A stretch of DNA of 34,207 nt from a virus (taxonomy: Duplodnaviria; Caudoviricetes): positions 1 to 34,207 of IMG/VR virus record IMGVR_UViG_3300037631_000644; one strand, given 5' to 3'. A model generated the notes under the pieces. The model made no database searches, was not told the DNA's origin, and saw only the letters and a list, made by a program, of their open reading frames with translations. This document shows, one piece after another, positions 14,209 through 22,597 of the stretch (positions within the stretch are counted from its first letter, which is position 1; every line of letters begins with the position of its first letter). A program made the translations under genes and the position numbers.

Positions 14209-16260
14209 ATGATGAGAACAGTATTAGACGTAGAGAACAACACTACTAAACGAGAGGGTAAGAACTTGCTAGACCCTTGGGAGCCAGGTAACTTCTTGGT
14301 TCAAGTGGGTACTCTCAATGTAGACAAGACTGATGAGGAGCACATACTTACCTTCGATCATAAGGAGAAGAAGGACACAGGCGGTGGGGCTGCGTTTGTA
14401 CTACAGGCTGTACTGGATGAGACTTCTCTTTTGATTGTACACAATGCACGGCACGACTTACCTTGGTTGTGGGAGGCAGGCTTTGCGTATGATGGTGAGG
14501 TGTATGACACTATGATTGGTGAGTACATTTTACTGCGTGGTGTCACTAGGGGCTTAGGCTTAGGGTATTGCGCTGAGGTACGTGACCTACCATCACGTAA
14601 GACTGATGTGCTTAAGGACTACTACAAGAAAGGATACAACACAGATGAGATACCTCTAGCTGAACTACAGGGCTACCTAAAGTGTGACTTAAATGTCACA
14701 CGTGAGTTGTTCCTTGCACAAGAGGAGGACTTCGCTAAGCCTGAGAGCCAGTCAATGCTAAAGGTGCGAGACATAAGCATGAAGGTTGCAGTTACCCTGT
14801 GTAAGATGTACCAGCGTGGGTTCAAGGTGGATCGTAATGCACTGGATGAGGTACGAAAAGAGTTTGAGGATGAGAAGGTACAGCTAGAGACACGCCTTAA
14901 CATGCATGTGCGTAAGCTTATGGGTGATACGCCTATCAATATCAACTCACCAGAGCAGATGTCCAATGTGATCTACAGTAAGAAGCCTAAGACTAAGAAG
15001 GAATGGGTAGAGCTATTCGATCACGTTAACAGTAAGGATCAGTACACGTCTACAGTAAATGTTAACACTGATCGTATCTTCAAGACGCAAGCCTATACGT
15101 GTGAGACTTGTGAGGGTACAGGTAAGACATATCGTATCAAGAAGGATGGCACTAAGTATGCAAGACCTAACAAGTGCAAGGACTGTGAAGCTAGAGGGTA
15201 TCGTTTGAAACAGCTTAACCAATTGGCTGGGCTTGGTTTCTCTGCGCCTAACAAGGATTGGGTGAGTGCTAATGGTTTCTCTACGTCTAAGTCTAACCTA
15301 GAGATACTCATTGCTACAGCTAAGAGTAAGGCTAAGTATGATGCAATAGAGTTTCTAACTAACTACCGTAGGCACAACGCTGTAGGTAGTTACCTCTCTA
15401 ACTTCGTTGAGGGTATTGACTTGTTCACTAAGTCTGATGGACTACTGCACGTTGACCTGTCTCAAACGACTACAAAAACAGGGCGCTTCTCTGGGCGTAA
15501 CCCTAACATGCAGAACATGCCACGTGGCGGTACTTTCCCAGTTAAGAAAGTGTTTGTATCTCGCTGGGAGGGCGGCTATATTATGGAGGCTGACTTCGCC
15601 CAGCTTGAGTTTAGAACGGCAGCGTTCCTGGCTCAGGATGAGGTAGCCATGCAGGAGATTGACGATGGTGTAGACGTACATGCTTACACTGCTAAGGTTA
15701 TCACTCTTGCAGGTCAGCCTACCACCCGACAGGAAGCAAAGGAACACACGTTTGCACCCCTTTTCGGGGCTACAGGGTTTGGTAGAGGTACAGCTGTCAA
15801 GGCTTACTATGAGCACTTCACTCAGAAGTACAGGGGCGTAGCTAATTGGCATAAGAAACTAGGCAAGGAAGCAATTACCCTACTAAAGATCACTAACGTA
15901 AGTGGTAGGCAGTATGCCTTTCCTGACGTACACCGCAGAGAGAATGGCAGCATAAGCCACATGACTAACATCAAGAACTACCCAGTACAGGGCTTCGCTA
16001 CAGGTGATGTAGTACCCGTGGTACTGATGGAGTTAGAGGAGAGGCTCAAGCCTTTGCAGTCATGCTTGGTTAATACTGTACACGACTCAGCAGTTATAGA
16101 TATACACCCAAAGGAGAAGGACTATGTGATTGCTATCATACACAGTATGAACGAAGATCTAACTCGTATCATAGCTGAGGCTTATGATGTCGAGATGAAT
16201 GTACCACTACTATTAGAAGCTAAGATCGGGCCGAATTGGCTTGACACAGTAGACGTATAG
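14209..16260 (+). CDS. polA: DNA polymerase family A with 3'-5' exonuclease and DnaJ-like zinc-finger insertion
   Basis: DVE exo I, HNARHD, TGRFSGRNPNMQN, ADFAQLEFR, RQEAKEHTF, NYPVQG, VHDS; CETCEGTG...CKDCEARG insertion. Confidence 0.96.
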   Translation: MMRTVLDVENNTTKREGKNLLDPWEPGNFLVQVGTLNVDKTDEEHILTFDHKEKKDTGGGAAFVLQAVLDETSLLIVHNARHDLPWLWEAGFAYDGEVYDTMIGEYILLRGVTRGLGLGYCAEVRDLPSRKTDVLKDYYKKGYNTDEIPLAELQGYLKCDLNVTRELFLAQEEDFAKPESQSMLKVRDISMKVAVTLCKMYQRGFKVDRNALDEVRKEFEDEKVQLETRLNMHVRKLMGDTPININSPEQMSNVIYSKKPKTKKEWVELFDHVNSKDQYTSTVNVNTDRIFKTQAYTCETCEGTGKTYRIKKDGTKYARPNKCKDCEARGYRLKQLNQLAGLGFSAPNKDWVSANGFSTSKSNLEILIATAKSKAKYDAIEFLTNYRRHNAVGSYLSNFVEGIDLFTKSDGLLHVDLSQTTTKTGRFSGRNPNMQNMPRGGTFPVKKVFVSRWEGGYIMEADFAQLEFRTAAFLAQDEVAMQEIDDGVDVHAYTAKVITLAGQPTTRQEAKEHTFAPLFGATGFGRGTAVKAYYEHFTQKYRGVANWHKKLGKEAITLLKITNVSGRQYAFPDVHRRENGSISHMTNIKNYPVQGFATGDVVPVVLMELEERLKPLQSCLVNTVHDSAVIDIHPKEKDYVIAIIHSMNEDLTRIIAEAYDVEMNVPLLLEAKIGPNWLDTVDV

Positions 16261-16269
16261 TGCTATAAC
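16241..16269 (+). promoter_or_regulatory. Strong sigma70-type promoter
   Basis: TTGACA-N17-TATAAC with TGn extension. Confidence 0.8.
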
Positions 16270-16309
16270 TAACTCTCTTTCAACCCGTACACAGAAAGGT
16301 TCTTGTACA

Positions 16310-17191
16310 ATGACTAGCACAGAAGTAACACTAACAACTGACGGACGTTCTATCGCTGAGATGATGGGACTATCCAAGAACTCTAGCGGTAAGCGATCCA
16401 TGCTTGCACGGTTCAGTCAGATCCATAGCCCATTGAAGGGTGACATGGAGATCAACGGCAAGGCTGTACGAGTAGACGTAGTACCAGCTGGTGCATACAA
16501 ACTCTTACAGTCGGACGATAAGGTAGCATATGCTGTCTCACCTAAGATCCGCATCTATGCCCAGCGTATGCAGTGGACACGTTGGGACTCTGATGAAAAC
16601 CTTATGATTAAGACGGTACTCGTTAACAACCTGACGGGTGACCTTAAGGACAACACCGGGGGCTTCAATGCGGGGCGTCCATCTGGTTACGTTGAAGACT
16701 TCAAGTCTTTACCTAAGGCTACACAAGAGTTGATGCGCAATACTAAGCGTACCAAGGTTGTGTTCGGTACTGTAGTAATGCAGGGCGCTACTGATGAGCA
16801 GGGTAATGCTATTGAGGATGCATCTATCACAGAGCAAGAGATACCCTTTGTGTTGGATGTAAAGAGCCGGGGTAGTATCACGGCAGTAGATGACATTATG
16901 AAGTCTATTGATCGTAAGAACTCTCTACCTCTACAGTACTTCCTTAACATGGGTGCAGAGATGCACAGTATGCCTAATGGCAGTGAGTACGCTACCTTCG
17001 ACATCACTCTGGCTGACAAGGTAGACTTAGTTGAGGCTGACAAGGACATCCTTGATGGGTTTATGGAGTGGATCAGCGGCATGAACAACTACATTAACGA
17101 CACGCATAACGAGAAGAGTGGTAGCTCTGGCATGTCTGCTAATGAGGAGTCTGTCATCAACGACATCATTGACGTAGAGGTGGCTGACTAA
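16310..17191 (+). CDS. Putative ssDNA-binding/recombination protein
   Basis: Position between PolA and exonuclease, own promoter, acidic C-terminal tail; function inferred. Confidence 0.6.
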   Translation: MTSTEVTLTTDGRSIAEMMGLSKNSSGKRSMLARFSQIHSPLKGDMEINGKAVRVDVVPAGAYKLLQSDDKVAYAVSPKIRIYAQRMQWTRWDSDENLMIKTVLVNNLTGDLKDNTGGFNAGRPSGYVEDFKSLPKATQELMRNTKRTKVVFGTVVMQGATDEQGNAIEDASITEQEIPFVLDVKSRGSITAVDDIMKSIDRKNSLPLQYFLNMGAEMHSMPNGSEYATFDITLADKVDLVEADKDILDGFMEWISGMNNYINDTHNEKSGSSGMSANEESVINDIIDVEVAD

Positions 17192-18063
17192 TGAATCACG
17201 TTGCTGAACTAGCACTACACACATTCCTACAGAAGGCACTTGCTGGTGAGTCTACAGTAGATGAGTCTGTAATCTCTAAGGTAGGTGAAGACGTAGCGGA
17301 TGCTGTGCGTAAGCAGTTCAGCAGCGGCCCTCGTGATGAGTTTAAGCTTAGGATGTCCAACCTCGGGCGTCCTAAGTGTCAGCTCTGGTACGAAAAGAAT
17401 GACCCAGAAGATAAGATACCGTTCCCTCCACACTTCCTAATGAACATGATCTTAGGTGATATTGTAGAGGCGGTATTCAAAGGGTTACTTCGGGCTGCTG
17501 CTGTAGACTTTACTGACAATGAAAAGGTTGTACTCACCCTGTCTGACGGTACAGAGATTAACGGTGAGTTCGACATGATACTAGACGATAAGGTTGATGA
17601 CGTTAAGTCTGCCTCACCTTGGTCTTACATGCATAAGTTCTCAGACTTTGAGACCTTAGCTAAGGGTGATGCCTTTGGTTATGTAAGCCAGCTGGTAGGC
17701 TATGCTACTGCAGCTAACAAAGATGTTGGTGGCTGGTGGGTAATCAACAAAGCTAACGGTCAGTTCAAGTATGTAGATGCATCATCTGTAGATGTCGATC
17801 AGGAGTTAAACAAGATCGAAGATACTGTGTCTTACATCAAAGAGGACAAACCTTTCGAGCGTTGCTTTGAGGCTATCCCTGAGACGTACCGCAAGAAAGC
17901 ATCAGGTAACTTGAAGCTTGGTGTGTCGTGTGGGTTCTGTGCTTACAAGCATAAGTGCTGGCCTGACCTACAGTCCATACCGTCCCGTGTCTCTACTGCT
18001 AAGGAGAAGCCTATCGTAGACTATGTATTTATAGGAGATGAACTTGGTAGTACGGAAGCATAA
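17191..18063 (+). CDS. PD-(D/E)xK exonuclease (Cas4/RecB-like)
   Basis: RMSNLG..C, GEFD...DDVKS, YVSQLVGY, CGFCAYKHKCW. Confidence 0.85.
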   Translation: MNHVAELALHTFLQKALAGESTVDESVISKVGEDVADAVRKQFSSGPRDEFKLRMSNLGRPKCQLWYEKNDPEDKIPFPPHFLMNMILGDIVEAVFKGLLRAAAVDFTDNEKVVLTLSDGTEINGEFDMILDDKVDDVKSASPWSYMHKFSDFETLAKGDAFGYVSQLVGYATAANKDVGGWWVINKANGQFKYVDASSVDVDQELNKIEDTVSYIKEDKPFERCFEAIPETYRKKASGNLKLGVSCGFCAYKHKCWPDLQSIPSRVSTAKEKPIVDYVFIGDELGSTEA

Positions 18064-18475
18064 TGCTAACCGATACCGTAGCGGACTAGAGAGAGTTGTA
18101 GCTGAGTTCCTGAAGCAAAACAAAAAGAACTTCAGGTATGAAGATCTAAAGATTGAGTGGAAGGATCTCAGGTACAGGACTTATACTCCAGACTTTATCT
18201 TAGACAACGGTATCATAGTTGAGACAAAGGGTATCTTTGATAATGAGGACAGGCGTAAGCACTTAGCTGTAAGGGAGCAACACCCAGAGTTAGATATAAG
18301 ACTAGTGTTTAGTAACGCCAAGGCTAAGTTATACAAAGGATCTAAAACGACATACGCAATGTGGTGTGAGAAGAATGGATTTCTATATTCACATAGGGTA
18401 ATACCCCCTGACTGGCTTGAAGAGAAGGGTAAGGCAGTTAAGACCAAGCGTATTAAACTTAAGGTAGGGACTTGA
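18038..18475 (+). CDS. T7 endonuclease I-like Holliday junction resolvase
   Basis: YRSGLE, YTPDF, VETKG, DRRKH, DIRLVF, YAMWCEKNGF; start may be TTG 18044. Confidence 0.92.
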   Translation: MNLVVRKHNANRYRSGLERVVAEFLKQNKKNFRYEDLKIEWKDLRYRTYTPDFILDNGIIVETKGIFDNEDRRKHLAVREQHPELDIRLVFSNAKAKLYKGSKTTYAMWCEKNGFLYSHRVIPPDWLEEKGKAVKTKRIKLKVGT

Positions 18476-18645
18476 TGGATAAGAAGTTCAGTGTAACTCT
18501 TGTGCTAGCAGTAGATAGGGAGGCTAACTTCTTATCGTCACTAGACGAAGCACATGCAGAAGATGTATATGACTTGATTAAAGATATGTTCTATGACGTT
18601 GATGACGTTAGAGTAGACAACTTAATGGTGAAGGAGAGGTTATGA
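18475..18645 (+). CDS. Small acidic hypothetical protein (56 aa)
   Basis: Hand-translated MDKKFSVTLV...; TGATG and ATGA coupling at the two ends. Confidence 0.7.
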   Translation: MDKKFSVTLVLAVDREANFLSSLDEAHAEDVYDLIKDMFYDVDDVRVDNLMVKERL

Positions 18646-19016
18646 TTAACGAGACAGACTTAGAAGCTTGGGGGTACTATAAGGATACTACTACGTATAA
18701 AGATATGACACTATCGTCCTATCAAAAGGCAGCTTCTAGTACTGCTATCTACCCTACGCAACATGCTATCACTTACCCTGCGCTGGGCTTAGCTGGTGAG
18801 GCAGGGGAAGTAGCCAACAAAGTCAAGAAGATCATACGTGATGGTAAGCTGGACAAGGCTGCACTTAAAGGGGAGATAGGGGATTGCTTGTGGTACATAG
18901 CAGCCCTGTGTCGAGACCTCAACATAGACCTGGGTGATGTAGCTAAAGCAAACCTAGAGAAACTACAAGACCGCAAAGCTAGAGGAACCCTTAAAGGGTC
19001 AGGAGATACACGATAA
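18642..19016 (+). CDS. mazG: MazG-like NTP pyrophosphohydrolase
   Basis: LGLAGEAGEVANKVKK...EIGDCLWY...NLEKL..R. Confidence 0.92.
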   Translation: MINETDLEAWGYYKDTTTYKDMTLSSYQKAASSTAIYPTQHAITYPALGLAGEAGEVANKVKKIIRDGKLDKAALKGEIGDCLWYIAALCRDLNIDLGDVAKANLEKLQDRKARGTLKGSGDTR

Positions 19017-20917
19017 TGAGCAACCAACTATCAACAGACTATCAAGCATTCATTCACAAGTCTCGTTATGCCAAGTACTTTGATAACAAGGGGCGTGAAT
19101 CGTATGGTGAAACAGTAGCACGTTACGTAGACAATGTAGTACGCCCTGCAGTTACTGTAGAAGATAGCACAATCAAAGATATTGAGCAGGCTATTCTCAA
19201 CCAAGACATCATGCCATCTATGAGAGCTATGATGACAGCTGGCCCAGCGCTAGATCGTGACAACACTGCAGGTTACAATTGTAGCTACCTACCCGTAGAT
19301 GACCCTAAGTCCTTCGATGAGGCCATGTACATCCTCCTCTGCGGTACTGGTGTCGGGTTCTCCGTTGAGCGCCAGTTCGTCAGCAAGCTCCCAGAGGTGC
19401 CTGAGTTGTTCGAGAGTGAGTCTGTCGTTGTCGTTAAGGACAGTAAGGAAGGCTGGGCTAAGGGGTTCCGTCAAGTTCTTGCGCTCCTCTGGGCTGGTGA
19501 GATCCCTAAGTGGGATGTCTCTCGTGTACGCCCTGCTGGTGCAAGGCTCAAGACGTTTGGCGGTAGAGCGTCAGGCCCAGCGCCTCTCGTAGAGTTGTTT
19601 AACTTTGCTGTGTCCACCTTCAAGGCAGCACAAGGGCGTAAGCTTAGCTCTATGGAGTGTCACGACTTGATGTGCTTCATTGGTCAGATCGTTGTCGTAG
19701 GTGGCGTGAGGCGCTCAGCGATGATCTCTCTGTCTAACCTGAGTGATGATCGTATGCGTCACGCTAAGTCAGGACAGTGGTGGGAGACAGCAGGGCACCG
19801 TGCCTTGGCTAACAACAGTGTGTCGTACACTGAGAAGCCAGACATGGAAACATTCATGCGTGAGTGGCTCTCTCTCGTTGAGTCTAAGTCAGGTGAGCGT
19901 GGTATCTTCAATCGTGAGGCGTCCAAGAAGCAAGCAGCTAAGTTTGGGCGGCGTGATCCTAACTATGAGTTTGGTACAAACCCTTGTTCTGAAATCATTT
20001 TACGTCCATATCAGTTCTGTAATTTAACGGAGTGTGTGGTACGGGCTAACGACACATTGAAAGACCTTGAGCGTAAGGTAAAGCTGGCTACTATCTTGGG
20101 TACTGTACAGTCTACTATGATTAAGTTCCCCTACCTACGTAAGGTATGGCAGAAGAATACTGCAGAGGAACGGTTGCTTGGCGTATCTATGACAGGTATT
20201 ATGGACAACCCACTAATGACAAACTCTAACAAAGGATTGGATAAGACCCTTGAGCATTTACGTTCTATCGCTGTCGCTACTAACGCTGAGTGGGCTGAGC
20301 GCCTTGGCATCCCTGTCTCTGCTTCTATCAGCTGCGTTAAACCTTCGGGAACAGTATCACAGTTGGTTGACTCTGCCTCTGGTATTCACGCTCGTCACAG
20401 CCCCCATTACATTCGGACTGTGCGTGGTGATAACAAAGACCCTTTGACTCAGTTTATGATTGACCAAGGTATCCCTAATGAGCCTTGCGTTATGAAGCCT
20501 GACTCTACTGTGGTGTTCAGCTTCCCGGTCAAGTCACCAGAGCAGGCTGTAACACGTAACGATATGACTGCAGTAGAGCAGCTAGAGTTATGGCTGACTT
20601 ACCAGCGTTCTTGGTGTGAGCATAAGCCTAGCGTGACTATCTCAGTACGGGATGCTGAGTGGATGGCTGTAGGTGCGTTTGTCTATGAGCACTTCGATGA
20701 AATGTCAGGTGTGTCATTTCTGCCACACTCAGATCATACCTACCAGCAAGCACCCTATCAGGACTGCACCAAGGAAGAGTACGAAGAGATGCTTGCCAAG
20801 ATGCCAGCCAAGATTGATTGGGAGCTTCTCAATGAGTACGAGAGTGAGGACAATACAGTGTCTATGCAGACTATGGCTTGCTCTGGTGACAGCTGTGAGA
20901 TCGTAGACCTAGTGTAA
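19016..20917 (+). CDS. nrdJ: Class II (adenosylcobalamin-dependent) ribonucleotide reductase
   Basis: PSMR, YNCS, GVRRSA, TNPCSEI, CNL, VKPSGT, C-terminal CSGDSC; no NrdB subunit nearby. Confidence 0.92.
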   Translation: MSNQLSTDYQAFIHKSRYAKYFDNKGRESYGETVARYVDNVVRPAVTVEDSTIKDIEQAILNQDIMPSMRAMMTAGPALDRDNTAGYNCSYLPVDDPKSFDEAMYILLCGTGVGFSVERQFVSKLPEVPELFESESVVVVKDSKEGWAKGFRQVLALLWAGEIPKWDVSRVRPAGARLKTFGGRASGPAPLVELFNFAVSTFKAAQGRKLSSMECHDLMCFIGQIVVVGGVRRSAMISLSNLSDDRMRHAKSGQWWETAGHRALANNSVSYTEKPDMETFMREWLSLVESKSGERGIFNREASKKQAAKFGRRDPNYEFGTNPCSEIILRPYQFCNLTECVVRANDTLKDLERKVKLATILGTVQSTMIKFPYLRKVWQKNTAEERLLGVSMTGIMDNPLMTNSNKGLDKTLEHLRSIAVATNAEWAERLGIPVSASISCVKPSGTVSQLVDSASGIHARHSPHYIRTVRGDNKDPLTQFMIDQGIPNEPCVMKPDSTVVFSFPVKSPEQAVTRNDMTAVEQLELWLTYQRSWCEHKPSVTISVRDAEWMAVGAFVYEHFDEMSGVSFLPHSDHTYQQAPYQDCTKEEYEEMLAKMPAKIDWELLNEYESEDNTVSMQTMACSGDSCEIVDLV

Positions 20918-20922
20918 CCCCT

Positions 20923-20958
20923 ATACCTGAGCATGTATTTAAACTGCTCCCTTAGGAG
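20923..20958 (+). promoter_or_regulatory. Candidate H-type RNA pseudoknot / anti-SD switch upstream of grx
   Basis: AUAC/GUAU and GAGCA/UGCUC stems; alternative CUCC/GGAG hairpin over the SD. Confidence 0.4.
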
Positions 20959-20963
20959 ATACT

Positions 20964-21200
20964 ATGTATACAATAATAACTCGTGAACAATGCAACTTCT
21001 GTGATGACGTTAAGGCTTTACTACGAAGTCGAGGCTTCCCTTACACTGAGTACAACGTACAGTCGGCTAGCTCTAAGTGGGTATTGACATTGCTTAAGAG
21101 GTCTAGTATTACTACACTACCTCAGGTGTTCGACACTAAGGGTAAGTTGATTGGAGGGTACACTGAGATGAAGGCTTTACTAGAAGGGGATGATAGGTAA
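20964..21200 (+). CDS. grx: Glutaredoxin
   Basis: CNFC active site, TLPQVF, IGGY. Confidence 0.92.
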   Translation: MYTIITREQCNFCDDVKALLRSRGFPYTEYNVQSASSKWVLTLLKRSSITTLPQVFDTKGKLIGGYTEMKALLEGDDR

Positions 21201-21601
21201 TGCAGTTAGATCTATTTGAAGATGAGTCGCCTCAACCCAATAGAGACCCTACTATGCGTATGTGTAAGAAGTGTAACCAAGAGAAGTCCCTTGATGATTT
21301 TAATGCTATATACTACAGAAAGAATGGTGAGCCTACTAAAGGTTATCGCTGTGCTGACTGCCAGCAGGATCACTCCCGTACTGTAGCTACCCTAAAGAAA
21401 ATGCATCCCAAGCCTAGTGACAATATATGTGAGTGCTGTGGTGATTTAGCTGAGAAGATGTGCCTAGATCACAGTCACGTTACGGGTGCATTCAGAGGGT
21501 GGGTATGTGAGGGTTGCAATCATAGTATGGGTAAGTCAGGTGACAACCCTGATAAGTTAATCAAACAAGCGGAGTATTTACGTGCAAGAAGAATTAGTTA
21601 A
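21200..21601 (+). CDS. Endonuclease VII-like (His-Me finger) nuclease with N-terminal zinc finger
   Basis: CECCG...LDHSHVTGAFRGWVCEGCNHSMG. Confidence 0.85.
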   Translation: MQLDLFEDESPQPNRDPTMRMCKKCNQEKSLDDFNAIYYRKNGEPTKGYRCADCQQDHSRTVATLKKMHPKPSDNICECCGDLAEKMCLDHSHVTGAFRGWVCEGCNHSMGKSGDNPDKLIKQAEYLRARRIS

Positions 21602-22286
21602 ACCAAGACGTACCCGCCGTAAGACAACCTACAAGGGTGCAGCTAGCAAGCCTACCTCTGGCATAGTACCTAAGACTGACAATCAATGTAAGCTAATCAA
21701 CGCCATTGCCTCTAGCAAGCAGGTGCTAATACTTGGCCCTGCTGGTACAGGTAAGACTTACGTTACAGCTACATGTGCAGCAGACTTGTACACACGCAAA
21801 GAGATTGACAAGATTGTTATCACACGTCCTCACGTAGCTGTAGGTAAAGACATTGGGTTCCTACCCGGTACACTAGAAGAGAAAGCACAACCTTGGGCGC
21901 TGCCTGTGCTAGACGTACTGATTAAACACTTAGGTAGGGGCGCTGTTGATACAGGTGTAAAGAACGGTAACATTGAAGTAGCTACACTAGCGTTGATGCG
22001 TGGACGTAGCTTTGACAATGCGTTCATTATTGTAGACGAAGCACAGAACATAGACATACCAGAGATCAAGATGTTGTTGACACGTGTAGGTGAGGGTAGC
22101 ACTATCGTCCTCAATGGTGACATACAACAGTCTGACTTGAAGGGTACGTCTGGTCTAGCTAAGATCATACACCTAGCTAAGAAGCACATGCTAGATGTTC
22201 CCGTAGTAGAGTTTGGCATTGATGACATTGTACGTAGTGGGATCTGCGCTGAGTGGGTCAAGGTGTTTATGAAGGAAGGCTTGTAG
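21582..22286 (+). CDS. phoH: PhoH-like ATPase
   Basis: GPAGTGKT, ITRP, GFLPG, MRGRSF, DEAQN, LTRVGEGS, GDIQQSD; GTG start. Confidence 0.95.
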   Translation: MQEELVKPRRTRRKTTYKGAASKPTSGIVPKTDNQCKLINAIASSKQVLILGPAGTGKTYVTATCAADLYTRKEIDKIVITRPHVAVGKDIGFLPGTLEEKAQPWALPVLDVLIKHLGRGAVDTGVKNGNIEVATLALMRGRSFDNAFIIVDEAQNIDIPEIKMLLTRVGEGSTIVLNGDIQQSDLKGTSGLAKIIHLAKKHMLDVPVVEFGIDDIVRSGICAEWVKVFMKEGL

Positions 22287-22293
22287 TTAAGCC

Positions 22294-22322
22294 TTGACAG
22301 TATCACATGCATATGTTAAACT
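22294..22322 (+). promoter_or_regulatory. sigma70-type promoter
   Basis: TTGACA-N17-TAAACT with TGn extension. Confidence 0.75.
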
Positions 22323-22351
22323 GCCCTAGTTAACATTGTTTGGGGCGTGTT

Positions 22352-22561
22352 ATGGTACTTAATATAGAAGAAGAAGCTAAGCGTTTCATCGCACTGAAGA
22401 AGAGAGAGTTCATCACTGAGATAGATAAGATGTACACCACTACATCTGACTACATAGTGTATAACTTATACTCTTCTGATGAACGAGACCACGCTATCAA
22501 GGCTCTACAAGAAGCTGTGCTATGGGCTAAGCATTGTATGGACAAGCACGGCATACAGTAA
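22352..22561 (+). CDS. Small helical protein, Acb2/Tad1-hairpin-like
   Basis: ERDHAIKALQEAVLWA resembles the R-x-x-S-L-A-x-T-x-L-E/Q-E-A-x-M-W-A motif; start ATG 22352 or TTG 22340. Confidence 0.55.
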   Translation: MVLNIEEEAKRFIALKKREFITEIDKMYTTTSDYIVYNLYSSDERDHAIKALQEAVLWAKHCMDKHGIQ

Positions 22562-22565
22562 AACT

Positions 22566-22597
22566 AGAAAGGGGAGCTTAATCGCTCCCCTCTTTTT
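22566..22597. terminator. Convergent (probably bidirectional) intrinsic terminator between replication and virion arms
   Basis: AGGGGAGC-TTAATC-GCTCCCCT flanked by AGAA and CTTTTT. Confidence 0.85.

Noticed and set aside
15100-15198. Intein or intron in the polymerase
   Set aside because: Short in-frame Cys-rich insertion without intein splice motifs (C/S start, HN end); matches the known DnaJ-like finger
17191-18063. Cas4 as evidence for a CRISPR system
   Set aside because: Stand-alone PD-(D/E)xK exonuclease in a standard phage replication context between the putative SSB and the resolvase
4530-22312. Numerous minus-strand and alternate-frame ORFs inside the plus-strand arm (e.g. 4530..4838, 15442..15852, 16687..17088, 21830..22312)
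   Set aside because: Shadow ORFs of well-supported genes; Ser/Leu-rich and lacking SDs
18642-22597. Assignment to Cobavirus (SIO1-like) because of nrdJ/grx/phoH/mazG/thyX and a convergent terminator
   Set aside because: The zinc-finger PolA, separate primase and helicase, and tyrosine integrase fit HMO-2011-type better; phylogeny is needed to be certain
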